From Centroscyllium fabricii (taxonomy: Eukaryota), in contig JBNRSN020000013.1 in NCBI GenBank assembly GCA_051313645.2, positions 74,958,001 to 75,022,000 of the forward strand: a stretch of 64,000 nt of DNA. Reading direction: 5' to 3'. The notes under the pieces are model-generated. The model was not told where the DNA came from and did not search any database. It saw only the letters and a list, made by a program, of their open reading frames with translations. Of this stretch, positions 1 through 10,874 are shown piece after piece. The number at the start of each line of letters is the position of its first letter. Positions within the stretch are counted from its first letter, which is position 1. The position numbers and the translations under genes are program-made.

Positions 1-3000
1 CCTCCCTCCCATCTGGGAACGCTATGTAAGCGTACTGGGGATTTGCGTGCAGGAGGTGGACCCGTTCGACTAGGGGATCTGCCTTGTGTCCCCTCACATG
101 CTTCCGAAGCAGGACCGGTCCCGGAGATAGTAGCCACGATGGTAGCGAGGTCCCGGAAGCTGACTTCCTGGGGAAGGCAAAAAGTCGTTCGTGAGGGGTG
201 GCATTGGTGGCAGTACAGAGGAGGGACCGAATAGAGTGGAGGGCTTCGGGGAGGACGTCCTGCCATCGGGTGACTGGGAGGTCTTTAGACCATAGGGCTA
301 ACTGGATGGCTTTCCAGACCGTGGCGTTCTCTCTCTCTACCTGCCTGTTCCCCCGGGGGTTGTAGCTGGTAGTCCTGCTAGTCGCGATGCCTTTCGCTAG
401 CAGGAACTGGCGCAGCTCGTCGCTCGTAAAAGAGGTCCCCCGGTCACTATGGATATAGTTGGGGTAACTGAACAGGGAGAAAATGCTATTGAGAGCCTTG
501 GTGACGGTGGCGGAGGTCATGTCCTGGCAGGGAATAGCGAAGGGGAAGCGGGAGTACTCATCTATCACGTTAAGGAAGTACACATTCCTATTATATGAGG
601 GAAGGGGCCCTTTAAAATCGACACTGAGTCGTTCAAAGGGGCGAGTGGCCTTGATCAAGTGCGCCCGGTCTGGCCGGTAGAAGTGCGGCTTGCACTCCGC
701 GCAGACCTGGCAGTTGCTGGTCATGGTCTTGACCTCCTCGATGGAGATGGGGAGGTTGCGGGACTTCACAAAGTGAACCAACCTGGTGACCCCCGGGTGG
801 CAGAGGTCATTGTGGAGAGTTTGGAGACGGTCAGCCTGTGCGCTGGCACAGGTACCGCGGGATAGGGCATCTGGGGGTTCGTTAAATATCCCGGGCCGGT
901 ACAAGATATCATAATTGAACGCAGATAGTTCAATTCTCCACCTTAATATCTTGTCGTTCTTTATTTTACCCCATTCTTTGTTATTAAACATGAATGCGAC
1001 TGATCCTTGGTCAGTCAACAGGGTAAAACGTTTGCCGGCCAGGTAGTGCTTCCAGTGCCGCACTGCTTCAACGATGGCCTGGGCCTCCTTCTCGACTGAG
1101 GAATGGCGGGTTTCGGGGCCTTGGAGGGTACGTGAAAAGAAGGCCACGGGTCTGCCCGCCTGGTTAAGGGTGGCGGCCAGGGCAAAGTCCGATGCATCGC
1201 TTTCCACTTGGAATGGGACGGACTCATCTACCGCGTGCATCGTGGCTTTGGCAATGTCGTTTTTAATTCTGCAGAATGCCGAGTTGGCTTCTGCAGAAAG
1301 GGGGAAAGAGGTCGATTTAAGTAGTGGGCGAGCTTTGTCCGCATAATTGGGGACCCACTGGGCGTAATAAGCAAAAAATCCCAAACACCGTTTAAGAGCT
1401 TTGGGGGAGTGGGGGAGGGGAAGCTCCATGAGGGGGCGCATGCGGTCCGGGTCTGGACCGATGACTCCATTCTCCACCATGCTGCCGAGGATGGCCAGGC
1501 GGGTGGTGCTAAACACACATTTCTCCTTGTTATATGTTAGGTTCAGGGTTTTGGCCGTGTGGAGAAATTTTTCGAGATTGGCGTTATGGACCTGCTGATC
1601 ATGGCCGCAGATGGTCACATTATCAAGGTATGGGAAGGTCGCTCGCAGCCCGTACCGATCAACCATTCGGTCCATCTCCCTCTGGAAGACCGAGACCCCG
1701 TTTGTGACGCCAAACGGCACCCTAAGGAAGTGGTAGAGGCGACCGTCAGCCTCAAAGGCTGTATAAAGACGGTCCTCTGGGCGGATGGGAAGCTGGTGAT
1801 AAGCCGATTTTAAATCTATTGTGGAGTACACTTTAAATTGGGCAATTTGGTTCACCATGTCCGCTATCCGGGGGAGGGGGTAGGCATCTAGTTGGGTGAA
1901 CCGGTTTATGGTCTGGCTGTAATCCACTACCATCCTATTCTTCTCTCCGGTTTTTACTACCACTACCTGTGCTCTCCAGGGGCTATTACTGGCCTCTATG
2001 ACCCCCTCTTTTAGGAGGCGCTGCACCTCAGATTTTATAAATACCATGTCCCCAGCACTGTAGCGCCTACTTTTGGTGGCGACGGGCTTACAGTCTGGGG
2101 TGAGGTTGGCAAAGAGAGATGGAGGGGCAACCTTAAGGGTTGAGAGGCCACAGGTAGTGTACTGGGGGTACCGCCTTGAGCTGCGGTTTCTGACCGTGAG
2201 TGAGGGAAGGGGTCCGCCAAATGCCATAGTAACGCTCTGAAGGTGGCACTGGAAGTCCAGTCCCAGGAGTAGGGGGGCGCAGAGCTGCGGCAGCAAGTAA
2301 AAACTAAAGTCATTAAACATTGCGCCCTGTACTTTAAGCGTTACAATACAGCGCCCGGTGACGTCAGCAGATTCTGACTTGGACGCCATAGATATTCTCT
2401 GGCGCGCAGGGATTACTTTAAGGGAGAGGCGCTTTACGGTATTTTGGTGAACAAAACTTACTGTGCTCCCACTGTCGAACAGGCACACCACCTCTTCACC
2501 GTTAACTTCCACCGGCATCATCGATTTCTCCAGTGGTTGAATCTTCCTCTGGTCTAGGCTCGTCGATGCTAGCACAGGGTCCTCCGAGTTATCTTGATCC
2601 GGAGAATAGTCCTCCAAGTCTGCTCCCCAAAATGGCTGCCGCCATGTGTTGGGCTGTGGAGGCTGAGTCAAAGATGGCTGCTGTTGCTGCGGCTGCCACG
2701 AGGGCTGCTGAGTGGGGGATGGGTGAGTCCAATGTGGCTGCTCCCCTGTTCCACTCGCAGCGCTGCCCAGTTTAGATTTAAAGTTAGTGTTTTTACAGAC
2801 CTTTGAATAATGTCCCTTCTTGTCGCATTTTGAGCAGGTCGCTTCTCTAGCAGGGCAGCTGCGTCTTGCGTGTTGAGGTTGCCCACAAAAGTAGCATCTA
2901 GCTTTAGCGTGGGCAGCTGTGAGTAGTTCTTCTGCCGGTCGTTGCGCCAGCGCTGTCCAAGTTTGCGGGGCTGGGCCCATATAATTACTTGAATATGACG

Positions 3001-3529
3001 ATAAGTCCATTGATGCGCTATCCAGCGCGTGTCCCAAGTCTGTGGTCGCCTGTAAGTCCTGGCCGTTCTGCTCCAGCAGTCTCTGTCTGGCATAGTCCGA
3101 TTTTAGACCAGTTACATAGGCGTCTCTGATGAGGCTCTCCATATGAACTTGAGCCGTTTGCGCTCTGCAGTCACAGTCCCGTGCCAGCACTCTGAGGGCT
3201 CTTAGGAACTGCACACTCGATTCGTTATTTTGCTGCTTTCTAGTAGCGAGTATGTGTCTCGCGTGGACTATGTTCGGTGCCCGCTTATATTCCGCCTCGA
3301 GGAGCCTGATGGCCTCTTGGAACGATGGGGCATCAACTGTCATTGAGTACACTTGAGGGCCCACCCGGGCGTTGAAGAGTCGCCGTTTTTGCTCCTCGGT
3401 TACTATGACCGGCGCGTTGGCTCTGATGTACCCTTCGAGCACGTTTCGCCAGTGTGAGAAGGCGTTTGCTGCTCCTGAAGATCGGGGGTCAACTTCGAAC
3501 ACTGCTGGTTTAAGCATTGAGGTATCCAT
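1..3529 (-). CDS. gag-pol: Gag-Pol polyprotein of G1, apparently uninterrupted, partial at window edge
   Basis: ATG at 3529. Spot checks put the RT YLDN codon (1630) and an integrase codon (418) in the same frame. The ORF track lists only other-frame ORFs here, as expected for an ORF with no stop inside the window. Not every codon was checked. Confidence 0.8.
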   Translation of the reverse strand, partial: MDTSMLKPAVFEVDPRSSGAANAFSHWRNVLEGYIRANAPVIVTEEQKRRLFNARVGPQVYSMTVDAPSFQEAIRLLEAEYKRAPNIVHARHILATRKQQNNESSVQFLRALRVLARDCDCRAQTAQVHMESLIRDAYVTGLKSDYARQRLLEQNGQDLQATTDLGHALDSASMDLSSYSSNYMGPAPQTWTALAQRPAEELLTAAHAKARCYFCGQPQHARRSCPAREATCSKCDKKGHYSKVCKNTNFKSKLGSAASGTGEQPHWTHPSPTQQPSWQPQQQQPSLTQPPQPNTWRQPFWGADLEDYSPDQDNSEDPVLASTSLDQRKIQPLEKSMMPVEVNGEEVVCLFDSGSTVSFVHQNTVKRLSLKVIPARQRISMASKSESADVTGRCIVTLKVQGAMFNDFSFYLLPQLCAPLLLGLDFQCHLQSVTMAFGGPLPSLTVRNRSSRRYPQYTTCGLSTLKVAPPSLFANLTPDCKPVATKSRRYSAGDMVFIKSEVQRLLKEGVIEASNSPWRAQVVVVKTGEKNRMVVDYSQTINRFTQLDAYPLPRIADMVNQIAQFKVYSTIDLKSAYHQLPIRPEDRLYTAFEADGRLYHFLRVPFGVTNGVSVFQREMDRMVDRYGLRATFPYLDNVTICGHDQQVHNANLEKFLHTAKTLNLTYNKEKCVFSTTRLAILGSMVENGVIGPDPDRMRPLMELPLPHSPKALKRCLGFFAYYAQWVPNYADKARPLLKSTSFPLSAEANSAFCRIKNDIAKATMHAVDESVPFQVESDASDFALAATLNQAGRPVAFFSRTLQGPETRHSSVEKEAQAIVEAVRHWKHYLAGKRFTLLTDQGSVAFMFNNKEWGKIKNDKILRWRIELSAFNYDILYRPGIFNEPPDALSRGTCASAQADRLQTLHNDLCHPGVTRLVHFVKSRNLPISIEEVKTMTSNCQVCAECKPHFYRPDRAHLIKATRPFERLSVDFKGPLPSYNRNVYFLNVIDEYSRFPFAIPCQDMTSATVTKALNSIFSLFSYPNYIHSDRGTSFTSDELRQFLLAKGIATSRTTSYNPRGNRQVERENATVWKAIQLALWSKDLPVTRWQDVLPEALHSIRSLLCTATNATPHERLFAFPRKSASGTSLPSWLLSPGPVLLRKHVRGHKADPLVERVHLLHANPQYAYIAFPDGRE

Positions 3530-3809
3530 TTCTAGTAGTCAATAAAATTGTAACCTTCAATAACGTCCACGGAGTCGAGTAGTAGATTAGAACAATCAGG
3601 CTTTTATTGACTACAGTAAGAATGCACACCAGCAAGCTGACTGTCCCCTAGAATGACATGGGGGATGGGGGCAGTCACTTATATACTCCCTCCAGCGGGG
3701 GAGGAGTCGTGGGCGGAGCCAGGTATGTTCCAGGTATCACAGTGGAATGCATTACAGGTATGGGTTACATGGTGATTAACTATATACAGTGATATACATG
3801 TTTATCACA
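1..3809 (-). mobile_element. Ty3/Gypsy LTR retrotransposon G1 (tRNA-PBS-less clade); 3' part lies outside the window
   Basis: 5' LTR 3549-3809 (minus strand TGTGATAAA...GGTTACA, TATA-like and AATAAA), then gag, protease (LFDSGS), RT (YLDN), RNase H and integrase on the minus strand. Confidence 0.95.
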
Positions 3810-3951
3810 CAGACAAACTATAAACCACCGAGTTTAAGTTTAAAAAGAGAGAAATAATCACCGCCCAATCACTTACCTGCTTTCTGGTGACGTCACACTT
3901 CGATTACTTTTTACTTCTCTCTCCCGCTCCAGAGATTAGTAATTAGTGTAA

Positions 3952-4260
3952 GCCTTACCTGGTTTCTGTCTCCTTTATACTCGCTTTGCCGCCGCTCAGC
4001 TCCCTCCTCTCGCAGGTCCGCCGCTGATCTGACGCCTTACCTGGTCTCTGGCGCCTTTTATATTCACCGCTGCCGCCGCTCAGCTCCCTCTTCTCACAGG
4101 TCCGCCGCCGATCTGAGGCCTTACCTGGTCTCTGGCGCCTTTTATACTCGCCGCTCAGCTCCCTCTTCTCGCAGGTCCGCCGCTGATCTGAGGCCTTACC
4201 TGATCGCTGCCGCTTTTAAACTCGCCGCTGCTCAGCTCCTTCCTTTCACAGGTCTGCCAC
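3952..4260 (-). repeat. About 4 tandem copies of a 75-85 bp unit; probable 5' UTR of a CR1-type LINE
   Basis: Unit GCCTTACCTGGTCTCTGGCGCCTTTTATACTCGCCGCTCAGCTCCCTCTTCTCGCAGGTCCGCCGCTGATCTGA repeated with variation. The LINE 5' UTR assignment is from recall of shark CR1 elements. Confidence 0.7.
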
Positions 4261-4370
4261 CGGTACTGGACTGTATAAAGCCTCAGTCAGCATAGGGTAT
4301 TGCTAGACTAATAAGTAGTTGGCAGTGGCTGAGAGCCTTGATGCGTAAGTGGCAGTTATTAAAACACTGT

Positions 4371-5374
4371 GGGGGAAAAATTCAGTTGTTTGCTCCACCC
4401 GTTAGCACCCTAGGAGGGTGCTAATGGGGGCGCAAAGGAACTGGCACCTGGGCACGGCGAGTTTAACACCGCTCGGCAAGTTGACCAGGCGCTCGGCGGT
4501 GGCACTTAACTTTAGTGCCACGATCTCCTTCACCGGTAGATGGTGACTTCATTCGAGTATGCAATGCCCCAGTAGTGCCCCGGACCAGATATTGAGTGGC
4601 ACCCCCCCGCCTTACCGCCTGGCGCTAACAACGATAGGTTGAGGGGAGCGTTCTCCAGTCAGAAAGGGACTGGACGAGCGCTATTTAAAGGTGACTGCTT
4701 CCTGCCTTTTTTTGTTGGTGACATTTTTGCAACACGCATTCTGAAAGAGTGAGAGAGAGACTTCTGGAGAGATTCAACACTGTATGAAGGAGTTTTGGGT
4801 ACTGAGCAGCACTTTGCAGGTTCATTTTGATTTGCCCTTCCTTGTATCGATTTAGAAGAGAATGTGGGGGTTGCATTTTCAGCTCTTTCCCTGGGTCTCT
4901 CCATTGTTCTTCCCAGCAGATTTGATGTACCTGTCTCTCCAGGCCGAGATTCAAGGCTGCAATGAGCATGATGTGGATGGACAGCAACATCAACCCTCCC
5001 CTTTAAGATAAAAACTGAAAATGCAGGAGAAACTCAGCAGGTCAAGCAGCATCTGTGAAGAGAGAAACAGAGTTAACGTTTCAGGTTAATGACCATTCGT
5101 TAGAACTCCCTTTAAGAATTGGACGGTGCCAGTGTGTCTGTGTTCCATTGCTGACTGACATCACATGAGCTTTGCCAGCGCTCTGAGGTAGCGCCTCGCT
5201 CCTTGGTCTTTGCGCCTTAACAGAAGTGTGTAGCGCCTGATTAAGCGCTCCAATCACATCCAGGGGCGTTAAAACCCAAGTTTGCTGTTGGTGGCGCGAA
5301 TTTGCGGCAGAGACTAAATTTAGCGCTGTGCCGACTACAGCGCCCCAAATGTGTCGATACTGAATTTTTCCCCC
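4371..5374. mobile_element. Non-autonomous PIF/Harbinger element (MITE)
   Basis: Perfect 16-bp TIRs GGGGGAAAAATTCAGT / ACTGAATTTTTCCCCC and a 3-bp TSD TGT on both sides. Confidence 0.9.
5009..5107 (-). mobile_element. Short Penelope-type repeat with a decayed hammerhead motif
   Basis: Inverted homologue of 5613-5748, with the core mutated to CTAACGA...GAAACGTT. Flanked by a CCCTTTAAGA duplication. Confidence 0.65.
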
Positions 5375-5612
5375 TGTTGATTTAAGTCTTACAGTGCAGA
5401 CTGATTCCTTTGTAGAACCTCCCAAACCTAAACTACCAGTTCAAGATCTAGATTATAAGCAAGTGGCAACATGTTCAATAATTCTTTTTCAGAAAATGTA
5501 GTTTGTATTGTGCAATATTTGTTGAGTGTTTTCATTGTTTTCTAAACATTTATTGAGAAATCTGCAGAGAGTCATCCGGAAACAGAGTATGTAAGAATAA
5601 CACACAAGTGAC

Positions 5613-5649
5613 AGTTCTGAAGAAAGGTCATTGACCTGAAACGTTAACT
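5613..5649 (+). ncRNA. Minimal type I hammerhead ribozyme motif
   Basis: AGTT-CTGAAGA-A-AGGTC(ATT)GACCT-GAAACGTT-AACT: stem I, CUGANGA box, stem II, GAAA box, palindromic stem III. Confidence 0.75.
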
Positions 5650-5748
5650 CTGTTTCACTCTCCACAGATGCTGCCTGACCTGCTGAGTGATTTCAGCATT
5701 TTCTGTTTTTATTTCAGATTTCCAGCATCTGCAGTATTTTGCTTTTGT
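5613..5748 (+). mobile_element. Short Penelope-type retroelement fragment
   Basis: 15-bp TSD ACACAAGTGACAGTT (5602-5616 and 5749-5763). The fragment begins with a hammerhead core. Confidence 0.75.
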
Positions 5749-6235
5749 ACACAAGTGACAGTTGTGTTGTGTGGACCAGTTGCTTTGCTGAAATGTATAA
5801 AATATCCTGCCATCACTGCCGAGTTGAGGAGTGCAACAAAATCTCTTCTGGCCCATGATTATACACTTCTTACCAATAAGGTATTATTGAACACTTTCAC
5901 CCTTGCTAAAGAGTGCATGATTTCCAAGTTGAATTTTATTTTCTTACCCATATACAATGCAATTCTCTCCATGCAGAACAGTTCATGGTTTGGGGCAGAT
6001 TAGACTGAGGTTCAAATATTAAAGTTGGAAGCAGCAATCATAAGGCACATGGAGGCTGAAATTCCTGCCTTTAATAATTCTAGTGGAAACAATAGACATG
6101 AATGAAGACATAAAGCAACAATAGACTTCAGCAATGATGAATACTACTCCACCCATTGCCACCCCTCCAAAAATGGATGAATAATCATTCATGAAAAATG
6201 AATAAAAAGCCAATTTCCTTTCTGATTAAGACCTT

Positions 6236-8342
6236 GGCCAGAATTTTCATTACCTGGGTGGGTTGGGTGTGGGCGGTCAGCGTTACGGCTCGGAACCCAG
6301 TTGTTCTTTTCATCCCACCCCTCAGAGTGACTTTCCCTTAATGGTGCCCAATCAGGCAGGCCTGCATGTGAGCTGGCTCTATTAAATGATGCGGGTCTGA
6401 TGACATCATTTCCAGCCAGGATATTTAAAGGCGCCTTGGCCACATTGCATTTGAAGGTTCATTTAGGAGTGTGTAGGCAGTTCATATCGCCGCCTGGTCA
6501 GTGCTCAGCCTTGCACAGATGGCTTCACAAATACAGAGGACTGCACCCAGGTTTTCAGATGACTCCCTACGTATTCTTATGGTGGGTGTTAGAGCACCTA
6601 TGGAGGTCCTCTTCCCTGCCAATGGGCAGAAGAGATGTCCCCAGGAGACTAAAAGAGCCTGGCTCCAAATAGCGGAGGAGGTCAACAGCAGGGATGTGGT
6701 GAGGAGGACGTGGGTGCAGTGCTGGAAGCACTTCAATAATCTCATGAGTTCAGGAAAGGCGAGTGCAAAGCCACACTCAACTTCATCCTGCGGTGCCTCT
6801 CATCACATTCCCATCACTCTGCCTTACCAAGCCTACTCCTGCATTTCATTACTCACACCAAAATACCTTGCACGTCCAGCTATCCCTCTCTCTCTATCCA
6901 CATACTCACATCCCCATCTGACTAACCACCTCTAACACTCACCCTCATCCTAATGCAATCATACCAAGTAACAATGCACAAGGAGGGTACTTGGCATCAG
7001 CACCACACTCCCTCATAGTCACCCTCTAAAGATGTGGCCCACACATTCCTTACACTCATGCCATCACTCTTACTCAAACTTTTCTTCTTTCCCTCCTTGC
7101 AGGAGAAAAGAGCCCATAATAACAGGGAGAGGGAGAGAACCAGAGGTGGCCCTCCATCATTCGCCACTTTGATAGCAGCAGAGGAGGTTGCCCTGGAGGT
7201 CTCAGGAGTTGTGGAGCAGCTGGCGGTGGGAGACAGAGAGAGGGGGACCTCTCAGCAACCTGGTGACAGAATTACATCTCATACAGCCACATGGTATACA
7301 GCAGTCACTCATATGGGGACTGATGTCAGCAGCCAATGAATGTTCATCATGTGCATAATGGTATTGTTACCCAGTCTTATATAATATTTATTTTTATTCA
7401 TCTTTTTACTCTCCTACAGTTCCATCAAGTGCACCCCCCACTGTCCAGGAGGAAGATGACTTCTCAGAGGAGCCCCTAGCCACTGAGGGTGCACCTTTGG
7501 TGGGTCCTACACGAGATAGAGTAGCGTTGTCACCTGGTGTCTCACAAGTCACAAGTGAGCAAGAGGAGATGGTGGAGACTCCTCACTGGAGGGCGCAGGA
7601 CCCTCCCAGCTCTGCTCAGCTGCATGCAGTCGCTCAGCCTCGGGGGTCATCGAGAAAGAGGGTGATCCTGGAGGTGCAGGAAGAAGTGCAGGAGGCTCTG
7701 ACAGGTTTTGCGACCGTGATGTCTGCAAATGTGCAGAGAATGTAGGAGTCCATCTCCAACATGAGCACCACCGTGTCACAGGCGATGGCGATGGTAGGTT
7801 CTTCCATGGAAAGGATGGCGACCAGCATGGAGCAGCTAATGCGCCACTCACATGAGCACATGCTATCTATGGAGAACAGATGGCAGAGGCTCATAGACCT
7901 CCTCGCGAGGAGGGATGTCAGCATAGACTTGGGTCCTCATGGCCCCACTGCTGTGCAGCAAGGTGCTCTCCAGCTCCTTGCTAGCAGGGACATTCAGGTG
8001 GGCCATAAGAGGAATGATGGTGAGAGGGGACATGGACGTGTGGGCTCCTCACAAAGCGCTCCCACTTCTTCCCCGTTGTCTCCACGTCTTCAGTGGCTAG
8101 CTCTTATCTCTAAGCAGCCAGCCGGTAAGTGTGTTTGGCGGTGCGAAGAGCTGAGGGAGGGTGGACTGGCGAAGGAGGAGAGAATCATGACAGCTGCCAG
8201 GGAATTTGGCACACACATGCATGATGATCTTCCTATGGTTGCAGACCAGCTGCACAGTGAGGGAGTGGAAGCCCTTTTTTCCCGAATTTTACTCCTGACC
8301 CGCCTACAATCCCGCATGCACGACAGCATGAAAATTCCGGCT
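6236..8342 (+). mobile_element. Harbinger deletion derivative carrying only the Myb/SANT gene
   Basis: TIRs GGCCAGAATTTTCAT / ATGAAAATTCCGGCT and TSD CTT. Confidence 0.85.
6519..8095 (+). pseudogene. Harbinger Myb/SANT-like DNA-binding protein gene, spliced and decayed
   Basis: RTAPRFSDDSL...RAWLQIAEEVN...RTWVQCWKHFNNL; second exon EKRAHNNRERERTRGGPP (about 7103-7262, ag/gt bounded); third exon from about 7421 with stops. Confidence 0.8.
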
Positions 8343-9039
8343 CTTGTTAAGATCATTAATGAAGAATTCATGCTCATGCCACAGCTGCAGAATCAAATTA
8401 AATTGAGTACAGGTATTTTATTCCAGTTCAGACCTGGCATTAGTGAGCTAAACAAATGAGAAAATTATCACCCACAGCAGAGAATAATATGCAATCGGGT
8501 TTTTTGTTAGAGTGCAAGGGCATAATGGTTACTGGTGGGTATATTGCAGTAGAGTAGGAATTGGAAGAGGTGGAAAAGGTGGCCCAGGTCTGCAGAGAGC
8601 ATAGGAGGTAATTAACTCACAGTGTGTTCTATCCCAGGCTGTCCACAAAGAGCAGCAGGGACAGTCAATCATCAGGAATGCATTACCAACAACAGTGAAA
8701 GTTACCACTTCAACTTAAATACCAGAGGTCCTTCCAAGCAAACAACAGGAAACATCTCAGGAGTCAGCGATTTATTTGTTTTTTGAGCAACTGACACTTT
8801 CTTTTCTGTGCAATAAAAGAATTGCAGACTGCAGGATATAGTGAAAGTGAATGAATTTTATTAGTTGTATGTGGCAGTGCTATACATTTTTATTGTGTGT
8901 TCCTGGTATGTTTGCCTCTTGTGCTTTGTGAACTTCTCAATGCTGGTTGTTTATATGCTCTACTATTATTTGCTTTCCTAGTTGAAGGAGTCTCACTGTT
9001 GCATAGCTGCATAGCCAGCCAGCTAGCTGCAGAAGATCT

Positions 9040-9766
9040 CAATTCAATTCAATTCAAGTTTTATTGTCATTGCAGAGTACTAGTACAATACAACGAGACG
9101 AAGACTCGACGCTCCCGAGAGTAGTGCAAATAAATTACATGCAAATTGCATACAGTAAAGTACATTATCAGGCGTGCAGGTACCGGAGTTTATTTTTAGA
9201 GTTCAGGAGGCTGACAGCCCTCGGGAAGAAGCTGTTCTTAAATCTAGTCGTGCGGGTGCGAATTGATCTGTAGCGTCTCCCGGAGGGCAGGAGGGCGAAC
9301 AGACTGTGGGTGGGGTGTGTGGGGTCTTTAATAATGTTCAGAGACCTCTGTAAGCAGCGTTTGAGGTAGATGCTTTCCATTGACGGTAGCTGGGTACCGG
9401 TGATTCGTTGGGCAGTTTTGACTACCCGCTGCAGGGTTTTCCGGTCCGAGATAGTGCAATTTCCATACCAGATAGTGATGCAGCTTGTCAGTATGCTTTC
9501 TATTGTGCAGCGGTAGAAGTTGGAGAGGATGACAGCCTGGCTTTCTTCAGCTTCCTTAGGAAGTACAGGCGCTGTTGGGCCTTCTTAACCAGAGAGGAGG
9601 TGTTTAGTGACCAGGAGAGATCTTCCGAGATGTGGACCCCGAGGAACTTGAAGCTGGACACCCTTTCCACCTCAGCCCCTTGGATGAAGATGGGGGTGTG
9701 TCTTCTGCTTCCAGTCCTCCGGAAGTCCACTATGATCTCCTTAGTTTTCTTGGTGTTCAGTGCCAG
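9040..9766 (-). mobile_element. Rex1/Babar LINE, 5'-truncated
   Basis: RT C-terminus [21 protein letters not shown]...[13 protein letters not shown] and (TTGAA)n tail; nearly identical to 53155-53890. Confidence 0.92.
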
Positions 9767-10311
9767 TACAGATCTGCTACCTGTATGCCCATAAACCTTG
9801 ATGGGCCTGCATCAGTGCTAGGAATATGCTTTGTTAACGCTATTGGCTTATTGCTTTTTGAGGCAGCACCTACTGTCACTTTTGCAGCGCTGTGTAATGG
9901 CACAAAAGTGTTACTGAAATGTTTACCAACTGGCTGCTCTTCTGCTGCTCCATGCATGTAATTGCTGAAGAGCATCACCATACGATGCCCATCGATCGGT
10001 GCTGAGCACAAGCCCTGACAATCTGTCAGGTTTTGAATCACTTTATCATGGTTTTTGTAATAATTCTCCAAATAGGTTGAAGCCAGCCATGATTGCATCT
10101 TGGAATTTGTACCTCAAAACTTCCATTGTGGAAGTGTGGTGAGTGCATTCACATGAGATACTCTTACTGTGCGTGAGGTGCCTGTAATTGAGGTGTCCAC
10201 TGTAGATGCCACTGGTGTTACCACATGCTCAATGGCAGACTGCAGTGGATGCTTCTGGTGTTTTATGACACTGCTTGTATGAGAGATGGTATTGAGTTTT
10301 TCCAGCATTTT

Positions 10312-10500
10312 CATAGAATCATAGAATCCCTACAGTGCAGATAGAGGCCATTTCGGCCCATCGAGCCTGCACCGACACATATCCCACCCTATCCCCGTAA
10401 CACCCACATATTTAATCCCCCTAACACTAAGGGTCAATTTATCGTGGCCAATCAACCTAACCTGCACATTTTTGGACTGTGGGAGGAAACCGGAGCACCC
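10312..10500 (-). mobile_element. HE1-type shark SINE, 5'-truncated
   Basis: Shares its body with 38508-38903 and has a CR1-type (GATTCTAT)n tail. Confidence 0.8.
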
Positions 10501-10874
10501 TGTTGTTATTTTGCATATCTAGTTGTTGGGCTCCCCCACACTGCTTACACCATGTTCCAATGTAATGTGTAGGGAGGCAGAGACTCTGCAATATGATGCT
10601 ATTGCTGTAACAGCCTCCCTTTGAAAGCAAGTCTTCTAAGTTCTTCATCCCCCATACAATCCAGTGGAGCCACTCAGCATATTGGAACTCCAGGCCCTTC
10701 ATCAATTATCATTGCTGCAACCCTTGCTCACTAGTGCTCAATGCCTCACTGTAAGTTTCTTCATCCTAATCATAATCTACTTCTCTCATAATGTGTGCAT
10801 TTTTGCTGTTCCACCTCAAATGGGATGATCACAGTTGGTATCTGATGGTGTTCGTGTGCATCTAGAGATCTAAT

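Noticed and set aside
6019-6213. Small membrane-protein gene or host exon
   Set aside because: Short hydrophobic ORF in T-rich DNA with no recognisable family and no convincing splice frame.
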